DNA of 64,000 nucleotides, from NCBI GenBank assembly GCA_002633005.1, contig NMRA01000001.1, positions 901,755 to 965,754 of the forward strand. The letters are read 5' to 3'. Positions within the stretch are counted from its first letter, which is position 1; the number at the start of each line of letters is the position of its first letter. Position numbers and translations under genes: made by a program. Origin of the DNA: Phoronis australis (Eukaryota; Animalia; Phoronida). Shown here piece by piece: positions 1 through 12,900 of the stretch. Below the pieces are notes generated by a model, which had not been told where the DNA came from, searched no databases, and saw nothing but the letters and a program-made list of their open reading frames with translations.

Positions 1-786
1 GTGGTTTAGTGCTGGGAAAGGTGTTTTGGGCAGGCTTGGAAGCCTGACTGTAGTTTATTTCTTGTTTTGTCTTAGCTACTTGCTCATTTTGAGTGCATTA
101 GTTTCATTTCGGGTCAAGTGGTTAGGACGATCTTGGAATTGATCAGCACGTCAGCTCAAATACTAGTGATCGTTTTTAAACTGAGCTTTGCATAAGACTT
201 GTGATTGTAGTCATTTAAAAATGATAAAAATTTATTATTTCTTTGTATTAGTATGAATGATCACTGCAGACACTTGTTTGCATATGCATAGAATAGGTAC
301 CCTACATATGACTCTAGTGTACCTAATACTTTATGCATATCATATTTCTTGTTTGTGCCGAATACTTTGAAACTTATTACACCCTCTTTTGACGATTTTC
401 ATTGCCTAATTTCTAATTTTGATTAGTGAGTGGACCGACTGATTTATTTAACATTGACTGGCCATAAAATACAATGCAACACACTAATAGACAGACACAT
501 AGACATATAAACTAAATTAAGTAAGACTAATAAGTCTAACCTTTAAGTAAAAAATAAAGAGGCGTTTTTAACAGAACCACATACTGTTTAAAAATTTGGC
601 CACAACTTTTGTCTTACTCAGATAAAGGGTTATTTCTGGACTTGAAAGAATAGAATTGCTGCCCGACACTGAACTCACAAAGTTGGAATTGGTCCCTTGC
701 CTGAACACTAGATGGAGTTATCAGTCTGTTAAGCTACTGAGCATAGAGTGAATGTCCCACTGCAATACTTGACATCCCTGTTTTAG

Positions 787-903
787 TCATCTACAAGGCC
801 GCTGTTCATGTTGGAGCCAGACAATGAGGCGGAAGTCAAACCAGCCATGTCCGCAGTGAGCCAGTTAAAGCGGGAGGAAGTCGGGACAGTGGAAAAACCT
901 TTG
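787..903 (+). CDS. RALGAPA1: RalGAPalpha exon ([11 protein letters not shown]...VEKPL)
   Basis: ttttag acceptor, gtgagt donor; resembles vertebrate KPLFMQEP. Confidence 0.85.
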
Positions 904-3900
904 GTGAGTTTTCAGAACCCATTAGTTGTTGCTGGCTAGTGTATAGTAGTGGTGTTGTACCTCAATGCCATGATATTACGTCAGGTAGTTTATTTAATAG
1001 TCTATGCAATGAGTTATGGGAAATCTTGAATACGTGCGGATGTTGTTTTATTGAAAATTTGTAGCTCTTTCTTCCTTTACAGCTGGGATGGGTTCCATTG
1101 ACCCAAAAACTTGCGAAATCACAATCGGTATCATGCAAGACTTTGAGAGATATCGCCATGCATTACTGACAAACCGCGTGATTATATACTACTGCTTTAC
1201 TTGCAAAGTTCTTGTGTGAACGTAACGTAGTCTTGGTTGGAACATAAAATACTAACGCGTAATCTCTATAGTTAAGCAGTTTGTGGCAAACCAAGCTAAA
1301 AGTGGATTTGTCACTTCAACCTCAAAGAGGAGGGACCTTCCTGTCATTATCAGTTCTGCGATTAAAAAGTATAACGATAACCTGTTACCTTGCAGATACA
1401 GTCATGTGTTTAAAATGTGTTTTCTGCTTTTAGAATGGTTCCGAGTCCAAGCTGGCTGTGGACAATGACTCGTTTCCTCGACTGCGCAACAATTCTTATG
1501 TAGGTGCAATAGGGGAGAGTCCCCGCCATGGTGCTGAGGACACAGCGTGCAATGTGAAGGCTGGCCTTCAGAAAACACTTCAGGTAAGAGTGATCGAATG
1601 TTCTGGGTTGCAACTTGTCAGGCATATTGTAGGTTGCATATAAGGTTATAACGTGCTGTTTTGTGTCCTATTTTATCGATTTGCATTTTTGCCAGTTCTG
1701 AATCTTCTTTCTTCTCTCTCTTCCAAAGGTTTTCGTCTCGAGCGCTGCCAATGTCTTTCTACTTGACACGGGAGATTCTGTAGATGATCACCAGGTGGAT
1801 CTGTGTAAGCGTGTATTGAGTCTTTACCGCTACCTGGTGATGAATCTACCCCAGGAGCAGCAGACATGGTGAGTGCACTGGGAAGCAGACGACTTTTGAT
1901 CCATGATGGTGGACTTCATGACATCTAACTGATGGAGTGCATTATGTTGTTATTATTGTGTTGAGAATGTTGACATGAAAAAGCTTTTAGTAGACATGTT
2001 TTTTATTCTTCTGAGGTGAGACAAACCAGGTGAATGCTTCGATGATTTTGTAAATTAGGAATTTTACGTGGATTCGTTTTTATTGTATAGACTCTGATAT
2101 CTGTTGCTGTAAAATTGGTGAAATTTTTAACTGTTACAATAATTATAGTTGCTATGCATAGACTGACGGTTACTTAAAACCAAGTGTTGTGCTGGTTTAC
2201 CTGACATTTAAAAAAATTTGGGTGTTTTTAGAGTAAATACTGACCAAATGACAATACACATTGAACTATTTTGTGCTAAAAATGAGCAAGCATTGTATTA
2301 AAAAGATGTTATTGTCATCTCTGCAGGGAGCAGCTGCTTCTGGTACTGTTGAGGATCACCAAATCTGTTCTTAAAGAAACACCGCCAACCAAGCGTGATG
2401 AATGCCTCGGTGGTCGACTGGCCACGGGCTTGTTTCAGGTAATAGCCCTTCAATGGTTTAAAGTCCCACACATGCTAATATGGTCTAGGCCTAAGTCGTA
2501 AACTTAGGTGAAGATTGCTCTTTACTTTAAAAAGATTATAAAGGTTTTCTTTTCACTCAGCACGAGATCGTTTGCCTTGATGTGAACGTTTTTGGCCGTT
2601 CATGTCTTTGGCCAGTCTCAGAACAGCAAATCCAGCAAATCCCTTTAGGAGATGCCACTCACCTGAAACTCACTCAGTTATCAGTTTGAGAGGGACCGCA
2701 GTTGTGGACGGCTGAAGATGCTCGCTTTGCTTAATTTCTGATCTTTGTTTAATGAGGTCTTCACGCACATTGTGTTAAGATTGAAATTATGGAGCTGTTT
2801 TGTGTTTGCTTAAAAGCTAGGGAGGGTATTCTATTTGTATTTATTTCTCAGGAATATATGTGGGTTTTCTGTTTTAATGGACATCTTCAGTCTCGACCGA
2901 GTATTTTATAGCAGTATTGGGTAATGGTCGGTTATAATGTGCCCGCATTTTGAGAACCAGTTTTCTCCACTGAATAATGGGCATCAAACTGCTTTTCAAA
3001 ATGTTATATCTGGCTATTGCCTAGTATTGTGTCACAGAGTTGTTGAGAGATCTTTACAAGCGTGCTCATTCAGTTGTTTGTGCCCAGTCACACCAAGGTA
3101 GACAATCAATTCAATTGGTACAATCTCGTTAAACAGGACAAAATCCGAGCGGGAACCGACTAAGTGTTGTAGAACCTGATTACGGAACCCAGTGGTGGTG
3201 TTCCACTCGAGTTATGATTTTGCTCATAGTTGCTCATTTATGTCAAGACAAGCTTGGACATTCACAGACAACATTTAATGTGACAGGGCCCTAGGGCAGG
3301 CTGTTTGCAGTTTGGGCCTTTTGTACTTTGTGGTCTGTGTTCAACAATTTGGGAAACTGTCTAAACAGAGATGCTAGTGTTTGAAATGTGGTGGGTGAAT
3401 ACTTTCAGCACAGTTTAGAGCCAGAACCCTAACTGTGCCAACTCACCCACCTAGAGAAAATGGTCATGCCATATCGGATTCTTCAAGTTTTAGAACTGAT
3501 TGGTCGAGGGGCCACACATACTATGCTATCTTCTTTTGAGTGCTCAAGAATTTATAAACCTGTACTCTGCCAATTAAGCCACTTTCTGCAGCTATAAAAC
3601 TTGTCTTAACTTGCTTCTTACTCGGGTGAGAAATGGTTTCAGGACTGAATTGACAATTGTTATTCCTGGAGACCATGCGCGTCGCGTAAAATGACACAGG
3701 TTGACGAGTCAATCCGCTTGAGTCTGGCCTCAAACAGTAACGAACCGTGCAAGCCTCTCAAACTTGAGACGGTAATAAGTTGGAAATAAATCCATAGAGA
3801 CAAGTGGTCTAAATCAAAAGGCATTCTTAACGGACAGGTTGGTTTATAGTAGATATAACTTGTAGTAGGATAAGGTTTGTTTAGGTTTTACACTGCTTTT

Positions 3901-6900
3901 CAGACTCTCATTGTCACTTGGATCAAGGCCAACTTGAGTGTGCATGTATCCTCCTCTCTCTGGGATCACCTGCTGTCAGTCTTATCTTCACTGACAGAGT
4001 GGGAGGAGCTTATAAAAGAGTGGGCGGTGAGTTGAGTGATTGACTGCTGTGGCTAAATTGCTAATCAAATTATTCAGCCAAATTGTGCATGTCTTAAGGC
4101 ATTTAGTAAATACTAGCTAGACCTTGTTACTTTCAAACCCATCTTTTGTTTTGATGCAAAATGTAAAATATTTTGAATATCTGTCAAAACCAATATAGTG
4201 ATCTGCAAGTTGCCAAATCGAGGTCAGACATTGTAGAAATGAATTATTAAAAGGAAAAAAAAAATCGTGGAATTAAGAGCCAAAACAAAGGGTTAAAGCC
4301 TGTAACATGATTACCAATTAGCAAAGGCTTCATATAGAATGCTGCATGTGGTTTTGGTTTGTCCAGGGGTTACTAAAATAAGAAAATGTTCAATGTCCTT
4401 TGCCAGTCATCACAGTGCTGTTACCAACTTAATCAGCTTTGTCTTTATTTTTTGCCATTGATTTTTATATTTTTTAAAATTTAGTCATAGCTAAGAATTC
4501 ATGGAATATACTAGACAATACATGGAGAAGGTTTTAACATTCTTTGCTTATTTTAAGTTGTTAAAATATCTTGTGTCAAAGTGGATGGTTTGGAATGAAG
4601 GAAGTTAGTTCTCATGCTTTTTGTAACAACGTAAGTTAATGATAATTATTGAAGTGTCAGACTGGATTTTCATCGGGATTGTTTTCATTCTCCTTGCTTG
4701 GTTTAACATAGATCAAGTTCTGTCCATGCAAATATGCATGGCGCCATGGAAACCAAGAAAATTTTAGCAATTACATTGTGGCTCAAAGCCTTTGTGTGAT
4801 CCTTGCTAACGTATTCACTGATTCTACAGAAAGCCATGGACACTCTGACAAAGATACTGGCCAAACAGGTGTATAACCTTGACCTTCAAGACCTCCCGCT
4901 TGACCGCTTCACCACTCAGAAGGAGAAGCGGAGACGTGCCCAAGCCAACCAACATCTTAAAGGTGCGTTTGGGGCTGGAACGTCCTTATCCTCGATTTGT
5001 GTTTTGTGTTGGCTCAATGAAAGTGAATGCAGAAATGAATGGGAGGGGAAATTGATTGTTTTGCCCATTTTGTTACTTAGGTATCGTCGAATCCGTAGTT
5101 GATAATGGCTGAGGAAACAATAATACGAGACACGTTTCTAAGATGGCAGTGGATTTGTATTTTTAGTAAAAACAAAACCTAAAATCTTGGTTACCCCTTG
5201 TGTATGATTGATGAGCCATCTAGGCACTTTGTTACTACTGCTTGTGAGTCTCGAAATTGACACGTTTCAATAAGCTCAGTAATACTATTATTGAAAGCAC
5301 ATAGGAAATAAGGGGGTGCTATAAATGTACCAGATAGCTGATAAATTCATTTTCCAATGCCCAGGTTTTTCATGAGTTTGTGGCCGATAATTGGTCAAGT
5401 TCCTATTCAGCCTTGCTGTATCCATTTATTGGATCATTTGGGTGTTAAGCACTCCCTGACAATGCATTGACAATCTTACAGATAACCAACCTGTGAAACC
5501 AACTGCTAAAATGATAATTGTATAATTATTCTACTACAGCTGCACAGCTGAAGAACCACAAAAAGAACACACTTAGTCACGGCTGGAGCCGTTTTGACAG
5601 CAATGTTCCCGCATACAGCCGCCTGGTACCGAAGTCTTCAGTGTCCTCTGGTAACCATAACAACGAAGTGGACGCTGAAACCAGGAGTGAAGGTTTGCAT
5701 TCATTTGACACCAGTTCTTGTACTGTCAGTTGAAAGTGCTATATATCTGTCTTCAGTTGTAGGCACAAATTTTTGACTGAAACCATTGAATTTTTGTTAT
5801 AAAAGTGGTTTAGATTTGTTCCTCAGTCAGATTGGAGGTCATTTTTAAGCTTGAGAAGACTGATAATTGATGGTTTCAGACCATCGTGTCACTGACAGTA
5901 CAGGTCATTTCAAAGTCAAATCATGATCTGAAGGCACAACAAACCTCCACTGATTTCTTTGTTCTAAGCTAGAAATCACTTCTTGAAGAAGTTATGAATT
6001 CATTTAGACCATAGCTTCAAGTGGCCTAAATTATGTGTTAGCTCCTTAAATGTTTTGTAGCAGATTTTAGATTGCCAATTCCGGGCCGAATATCGTCCAC
6101 ATTCCCATCTCAAAAACATGTAAATGAAGCAAAATTACACCCACCAGGTCCATGTTGTTTCCCAGTTTAAAGCGTCAATTTACCACAAATCTGTGCTCTG
6201 GTATGCACACGCATATTTTTCAGATTCGAAGAAACATTAATGTTAGCTCATCATTTGAACTGGTGTTTAAATCGCTTGAAAGTCATCAATCTGACAGTTT
6301 GGATATCTTGATATTTTGTTTTCAGGAGATGCTGATATGACCTTGACTCGACAAAGGTCGTTTAGTGGTCATCTGTCACTCACTGATTTACCCACGCCCC
6401 CTGAAAATCTCATTCGCTCAAGTAGCGACAGTGATCTGGCCAGCTCCAGTGAGCGCCTACTCAAGGGTAAGCTGAAGGCGATTTCCCAAATTCTATGAAA
6501 TGATTTGATCTTCTATAATGATTGAAACTGGTGCTGTCTATGTAAAGTTTTCTGTGTTGGAAGTTATATTAATTAATAATGTTTTTCTGTTTAGTGATTT
6601 TCAGATTACTTTCAGCATGTTTGGTACTCAAATGTTGTCATATATGACATTGTAATTAATAAAAAAGACTAGCCATGGCGGCTACAGCTTTCTGAAGAAA
6701 ATTAGTGGCCTGGCTTATTGTAGACATGTTTCTGCGACGATTTGTTTTATTGGCAACTTCATGAGTGTTGCGCTGACTCGGTCGGATTGAAAAACCAAAA
6801 CAAGACTTCAGACAGTCGTCATTATATTGTGTTCACTGAGGCATTGTGCCAGAATTTTCCCCTTTTACTGTATTTATGGTATTTCCTAATTGTTTTGTGC

Positions 6901-9900
6901 TTTGTGTGTTTAAACGACTCTCCTTATCAAAAATACACTTAAATGATATAATGAAAAATGAATGCTTGTAACTTTATGGTGATTTTTGAATTCTTAAATG
7001 TAACATAGAAGCTAACTGGAGCTTTTCACTTTTCACAACAGCTGGCACCACCAGTTTCCAGGATGCCATCCATGTGCCAACAACAGAATTGACTGAAGAT
7101 AAAGCTGTGATAAGTATGTGTCCTGACACGGGTTTGACTTTGAATTCTCTGTTCTAGCAGGAGGGTCCAGTGAGATTTGAATGTGCCACCTTGAGAACAG
7201 GAAGTGGACACTCAACCCACTGAGTCACACTGCCTCCTCTTGTAGTAACTAAGTATTTAACATGAGTTACCATTCAAAGTATGCTTTAATGTGTAGTGAA
7301 ACTCAAAGTGTGCTAGGGTGTTTATAACTTTGAAATTTTTAAGCTTTTCAACTGATTTACTTTGGCCTTTGCTTGTGTCCACAACGGGATAAGACACTTC
7401 ATACAAACTGTTTCACCACTCTAGACACCTTAGGAAGGGAGTCTGCTGAAGACCAGGAGGTCGCTAGTGTCACCACTGTTTCCACGGTAACCGATGCCAT
7501 CAGCCTGGACAGCGTGGACAGCAGCCATTTTCCTGAGATGGTGTTCGGCCAGGACCGGTCCGATTCGGACACGTTACCGAGAGGTTTGTGCACATTGACT
7601 GACCAAACAACACACCGTGACTGACCAAGCAACACACCGGTGAAGTAGTTCACCTGTCACTGTTAATAGTGTTGGTGGAGCAGATGGTTTGCAGTTAAAA
7701 GGGATGTAAAACTGCATTCCATCACCAAAAAACTTAGGCTGCTTACTGTTATGAAATTGGTCTCAAGTAGTCCTTCAGTCAAAATAGTGTGATTCCTGGG
7801 TTCAGAAAGGACTGACAATTGGTAAGGCTTTACAAGTTGACTTGTTGTGGCGTGCAATTTTATTAGGTGACCACAGCCTCTAGAAATAATTGTCAGTTCT
7901 TTGTCAGACCAAAAATCACTTCTCATCTGAGAAAGGAACAAGATGAGACATTTTTTGTTGCAGTAAGGGGCTTGAAATCAATCAAAATAAGTTTGTTCAA
8001 CGGAGAGCGGGGTCATTGCTGCTTCAGAGAGATATGGAGCGTTCACAAATGGGGCACAACTAATATGATCATGGCAGTGTCAGAACGTGCGTGTATTTCC
8101 ATTGCAAGGGTTTGTTTCAGTTTGGAATCAGTTGGAAGTAATGATTCCCATCTGCAAGCGAAACAATAGCATCATTCTCTGATTCGCACTTAGCCTTCTG
8201 AAAACACACACCACAAGCCTTCTGCAAACCAGTCTCGTTCACTTGCTTAAGTTCAATTCATTACTTCATTCACCACCACTTCTGCGTAGAATAGTTTTAA
8301 TTACGGGGTATAGTTAAGCTAATCCCTCTGTACACGAGACCAGTATTTTAATCATGTCATTTTTAACCATCTCTCTAATGAACCTTTCTGCTTCAATTGT
8401 CACATGACAACGCATTCTTCATGAAATGTGAAGTTGAACAATGTTTTCAGTAAAGCTAAGTGTCTCAAAGCGACAGCTTTGCTTGAGCTTTGCTGCAGCT
8501 GCTTGCAAAATTAGCAAGGGTGTCATGTTATGATTTCCAATAATAGGAAAGGCATTGTTTGCTTTTTATTATTGGTTGTTTTTAGTTCAAGGCATCGTGG
8601 TTAAGAAGTTTTTTGATCATAATTATGTTGTAAAATAAGTGTTAATTCTAAATCTTTTGTTCTGATTTTCGGATGATGTTATTTTGTTAATATAACTTTG
8701 ATTTTCTCCGTGGTTGTGGGTGACTCCATTAACTGCATCTTGCACGGTCTTGTCAATTGTCCCTTTTAGGCAGAACGCTAACAAGCGAAAATTGTGACAT
8801 CATGGATGGCGAAAATCGAACTATTTTACTTCCCATTGTTAAAATTCAATCATCGACTTCAGTGGGTAAAACCATCATGTCCGACAGTAGTGGCATAGAT
8901 TGTGATATCTCTTCATTGGTGCCGTCCTCATCAGCAGACGCCTCACTGGATTCCATTAGACTTTCACCACATTCCCTCCCGCACTCAACGCCACTGGTGT
9001 CCAACTCTTACGCAGAGGATCCATCGCATGATTGGACTGGCCCTTCACCAATTTCAATGGAAAATAGCACCATTGCCAGCGGTGAAGATGGTGACAATAC
9101 TGCTGCTACACCTTGTGTGATCAAGAGTGATTCCATGGCCGATGGCAACAATTACACGTCAAACAGTAAGGAAGTCAGTGGTGATGGGAGCGATGAAGAA
9201 AACGATGATGAAGATGATGACAACCAGGCAGAAGACGGAACGCCAGCCATAACTCTGGCGGAGCTGGAATCTCTTTTGGACGTTCTCGACGAAACCAAGT
9301 CTGCAAACAACTCTCTGTTGGAAGGTATTTTGGCGTGATGTCTCCATACACCTTTTGCTTCTGTCCGTTAACGAAACTTCATTGGCAGTGGCACGAAGTA
9401 ACTGGCAGTGTTCATTTCGACTTGTGCTCATTGCGTGAAAAATGAACTCCACTGTCCGTATTTTGTGCATTTGACTTGCATTTTGTTGTAAGTTGTTGTT
9501 TTATGTTGTGAGATGTGTTGTTGTGTCTTACGTTCTTAGTGTCCACGATTGTTGGACTCAATGTTTCCTGCTGCTTACAACCATCAAAATAGCTAACTGC
9601 AGATTTGTTAATTGGTCATTGGCCTAAGCAACACTGCTTTGCATGATAATGCTTTGCTTGCAACACTAATTTACGACTTTGTTTTGCTTACCTGTCTTGC
9701 ATCTTTTGCTTATTGACCTGCATGGCTTGTTGTGTGACTCTATAGGTTGGGAGGAGGAATACTGTCTTCACATAAGTGTTGACGACAGTGCGTTTGGATC
9801 GGCACCCAATAGCAGTAATCACCTGACTATTAACCATCAAGGTAAATTGCGCACTCACCTGATCGCTTTTGGTCAGCTGGTCGAGAAATAACTGGACCAT

Positions 9901-12900
9901 TGTGTTTTAGCTCTTGTCACTCTTCCATGTGTTGTCTGTCAGCTGATGGCTAGTTAAGGCTGACAGTGAACCTTTCAAACTCAAGCGGGTATTTTGTGGG
10001 AGGCTTTAACACAATTTTACTTAGTAAGAGAATAAACTAAGCTTTCAAAATAAAACAAAAATTATTTGCAGATGTATGTGACATGATGGAATGTTGTAAT
10101 GTTGTCGATGCTTTGCGCTGACTCAGTCTGTGTTACTGGGCTTGTATGCGTGTTACTTGGATATATACTAGAGTAGAAATGCATTCTTTCTTTGAACGAA
10201 GCGGCGTATAGGGCAATGTGCAGTTTGGGAAGCTAGTACATTTTTGGCATTTTCTTAGAGTCGTAAATCACAGTAATGTCCGTTTGTTGCCATTGCTTTG
10301 CTTGCTGTTGCATCATGCATTGTTTTAATATTGGCATGTGTCTTTGGTTCAGGCATGAATACTTTTACATGTAGCCGTATCCATTGTGTATTTTTTAGAA
10401 AATTTGATACGTTTATTTTGCACAGAAATCATATTACTAATGAATACGGCGGGGATTGGGTGGCCCCGTTGTGTATGGTTCAAGGAATGTTTGATTTTAA
10501 TTTTAAAAAAAATTCGGTCTCAAACCTTAGAATATCCAAAGGTATACTTTGCCTGCTACTTTCATGCACATGATGACAAGAACACTCTCCAATGTAATTG
10601 GCATCCTCTACAAAGTACAAAATTTTATGTGGGTGCATATTCCTTCTCCACCTTCCAGCTTCCCAGACTCCGTCACCGGTGTCGCTAGCGTCCAAGCAGA
10701 GCTCACGCACAGGCTCGCCCGTCAACAGTCTGGCGGATGACGTCAAAGTGACACCAGACCGTGAGAGTCTACAGATTGACCTGGTGATGGATGCAGACAG
10801 GACATTGACAGAGACACCTGTCAGGAACTGTAAGTGAGGTGTTGAACTGTGGGGAGTAGCTATGTGTGGGAGGGGGGGGTCATTCCTTTGTAGATTGGTG
10901 GGTAAATGTTTGACTTCACCAAATATCAATGTCATTTTCAGCTGAAATGAGCCAGAAAAAGAATCTGCAGGCGGAATTCTCTGTCGTGGTAGGGAATTGG
11001 TATTTTAACTGTTGAGTACTGTACATCATGCAGTCAAATTTGTCAAGGACCCGTAAGATAATCGTTACTTGGGCCGAGATGAGTGTACTGCCATGTCCAT
11101 GGTTTACTATGTGTACCGGTACTTAAGTACTGAGGTGTAGTCGTGGTCATTAGTCATTGTCCATAATTTATGTGCTATGTGACTTACAGTTTCCGCATTA
11201 GAATCCTTTTGTCAAGATCGGGAAATTGAGACGTGAAGTGCCTGAAATAGTTCTGTACGTTATTTTGGTGACTGCTGTGCGTCAGTTTCACGTGTTGTCT
11301 CTTTCAGCTATTTACATCAGCAACAACACTACCAGCGGTGCAGATGAGAACAAGAGCGTGCTCGCCGGTGGTGCCATACAGGGCTGGTCACCAGAGGTCG
11401 CCGTCATCCTGTGGCGGAGAATGCTGGGCTCACTCGGCGACATCAACAACGTGGGCAAACCTACTGTGCATGCCAGTGTGTACGAGTATTTGTGTGATCT
11501 GGTCGAGGTCCTGCTGAAAGTATGTCCTGGCTTTTTGTCTCACCCTATGATTTGTTTCAACGTCGGAATCGTTTGCATATAAAGTTCAAAGAACGTTACT
11601 TACTTGTGACCGTTATCCCGTACCTTAATGTAAATTGCAAGACACGAGTAATGTTAGACTCTGTTTATTAATAAAATATAGTATGATTAACACTCATTAC
11701 AATTAGAGCTGTTATTAATAGGAATCATGGCTAAGGTTTTGTTCTGTTGGATGGGTTTGGAAAACAACTTTTAATATAAGGTCATCACATGCAAAATATT
11801 AGATTCTAAGTTGTCATTAACTGTAATTCTTGCTTTTCATCTTAAAAGGCATTCCTGAAGTGTAGCGACAATAGAAATTATAGAACACATTGCAATAAGT
11901 AGTTTCAGTCATCAACAATAGAAATTATAGAACACATTGCATCGAGTAATTGACGAGGTAAGTGAGCCCAAGTGTAACAGATTTACGTGACCCACGTGTT
12001 GCAGATGCATGATAACCTGGCCATCTCCCCGGACAACTCGTCATCGCCCGCCATGCCAGAACTCATTCCTCCCATTCTATGGATGGCCACCTGGTGTTTC
12101 CAGGTGAGTTTGTTTGAATGAGATGATAGTGTGCTTGGAACAGCCATGTTATAGTGCCACTGAATATAGTAGCCGTAAGTATGTTGAGAGCGCTTTCAGA
12201 ACCCTGAAAATCGTTAACTTTGAACTAAAACGAGTCGAGGCAGATTCACAAGTTTGAAATAAACCCGCTGTCATACTTCAGCCATGGGAAGTGGGATATA
12301 TGTTAACTTGCCTCTCGAATTAGAAGTTGATTTCTTCTGTCACACACGGAACCACAACAAAAGAATGGAATTCACAGATGCGACAGACAGGTGTGTAAAC
12401 ATTCCATTTATCTGGAACTCATTCACCATTATTTTTATTTACACCCCACGTCTTCAAGATCTCTCTGAAAAAGAAAAAAATTCTAGTTATAGAAAGGACC
12501 GAAAAAAATTGATGTCTAGGTAGTGTGTAGTCTAACTCGTAAATTGGTTTACTGGTGTTCACTGGACACACAATATCACTGTCAAAAGTATAGGGTTCAT
12601 TTTGGCCATTGCTAGATTATATAAAAGATTTTTGTTTACTAATTAAGCATTAAAGCTAATTGCTTGGTTCTTACCCCAGGCTCTGGAACTGCCCAGTGAC
12701 TACAAGAGTGGTCAGCTGTTAGCCTACCGCCTGCTTTGCATCATGGCACTGCACCGGGATGGCGCCATGTTGACCGACGACCACATTGGTCAGTTCTTCC
12801 GTCACCTGCACTACGGCCTGGTCAGCACAGATCAAGATTTCATCAATACTTTGGTGCGGCACGCCTCCCCGAGGATCAATGCGGTACCACTGCTAGGGTC

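Noticed and set aside
10353-10541. Possible extra 189-nt phase 1-1 exon (ggttcag...AAAG/gtatac)
   Set aside because: The frame is open, but composition is intron-like and the peptide unconvincing; not called without RNA evidence.
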